From NCBI GenBank assembly GCA_030770535.1, contig JASVEC010000019.1:496001-560000 (forward strand): a DNA stretch of 64,000 nt, read 5' to 3'. The notes below the pieces were generated by a model, which was not told the DNA's origin, did not search any database, and saw only the letters and a program-made list of their open reading frames with translations. Made by a program: the position numbers and the translations under genes. Of the stretch, positions 63,145-64,000 are shown one piece after another (position 1 is the first letter of the stretch; every line of letters starts with the position of its first letter). The DNA comes from Batkoa obscura (lineage: Eukaryota).

Positions 63145-64000
63145 CTTCAAAGTTAAAAGTTAAAAGGAAAGTGTTTTTTTATAATTTTATATCTGATAAC
63201 TTTTATTTATTTAATTGATTAACTTGTTCTATAATAAATTGTATTTATTTGATTTTTCAAATAGAACATAAAACATGATATGAGAGTGTTTTTTGATTTT
63301 ACCACTTTTACCATTTTAAGCGCCGTTTGAGCAGAAAGATTGTTAGTAAAATTCTTGAAGAAATACATCTCTCATATATTAAATTTTCTAGTCTATTGTT
63401 TAGTGAACTATAAAATTTAATATGGCTAGTTTAAAAGAGTATAATTAATAGTTCCATAATCATTCAACTCAAACTAAGATTTGAATTAAGGATGGACTCT
63501 GGTATAAATGTCAAAATATATGAGAATGTATTTTTGTACTTAAGAATTTCACTAACAATTTTTCCACTCAAATAATGTTTAAAAGATGAAAAAAACAATG
63601 AAGCAAAAAAAAAAAACACCCCCATATGATCAAAGTAATTTGATGTATTTTATATAAGTTGTTAAACCTATTCAATTAGAGCCTCAAAAAACCAGCTTAC
63701 TTTGATTAGAAAGCTCAAATCATCCTCCACATTTGATACTTTCAGTAAGATTATATTTGTAATCCTAATAAAAAATATAGACTTATCTTTATCTAAACTC
63801 TTTTTGTTGATTTACTCTTTTATCTAACCTTTTCCAGCTAAAAACCCTAGATGCATGTTTGCTATAACCTCTGGAAAGATGCCTATATAGCATTTATTCT
63901 TTTGAATACCATTTCCGAATTCGAGTTTGTCTCAATCAACTGCTGCCATTACTTCCCACTAAATTCCACGCTTTCATAAGTTTTCGTAATAAATCCCTTG

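Larger units (their letters stand above)
57316..64000 (+). repeat. Tandem segmental duplication, unit 2 (truncated by the window end)
   Basis: Near-identical to 50039-56721. Confidence 0.95.

Overview
AT-rich, apparently intronless eukaryotic DNA. A fungal origin, possibly an early-diverging lineage such as Entomophthorales, is inferred from gene content and not proven. The window opens with a 3'-truncated ataxin-2/Pbp1 gene that the ORF track missed, followed by a duplication-rich accessory region. The main observation is ten short genes (41-45 codons, six distinct sequences), eight of them absent from the ORF track. They encode signal-peptide precursors with a hypervariable C-terminal segment that always ends His-Trp-Pro-stop. 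They are interleaved with four 7TM GPCR-like genes (two intact, two disrupted), two secreted S28 serine peptidases and four kelch-like surface-protein genes (one intact, three pseudogenes). This is a candidate secreted-peptide ligand/receptor/processing locus under birth-and-death evolution. Also present: three small Cys-rich crystallin-like secreted protein genes, a DJ-1/PfpI gene, three tRNAs, over 30 copies of a ~99-bp MITE with 4-bp target duplications, a decayed Sola-like transposase, an inverted duplication and a near-identical 7.28-kb tandem duplication. All family calls come from reading motifs by eye; no searches were run.
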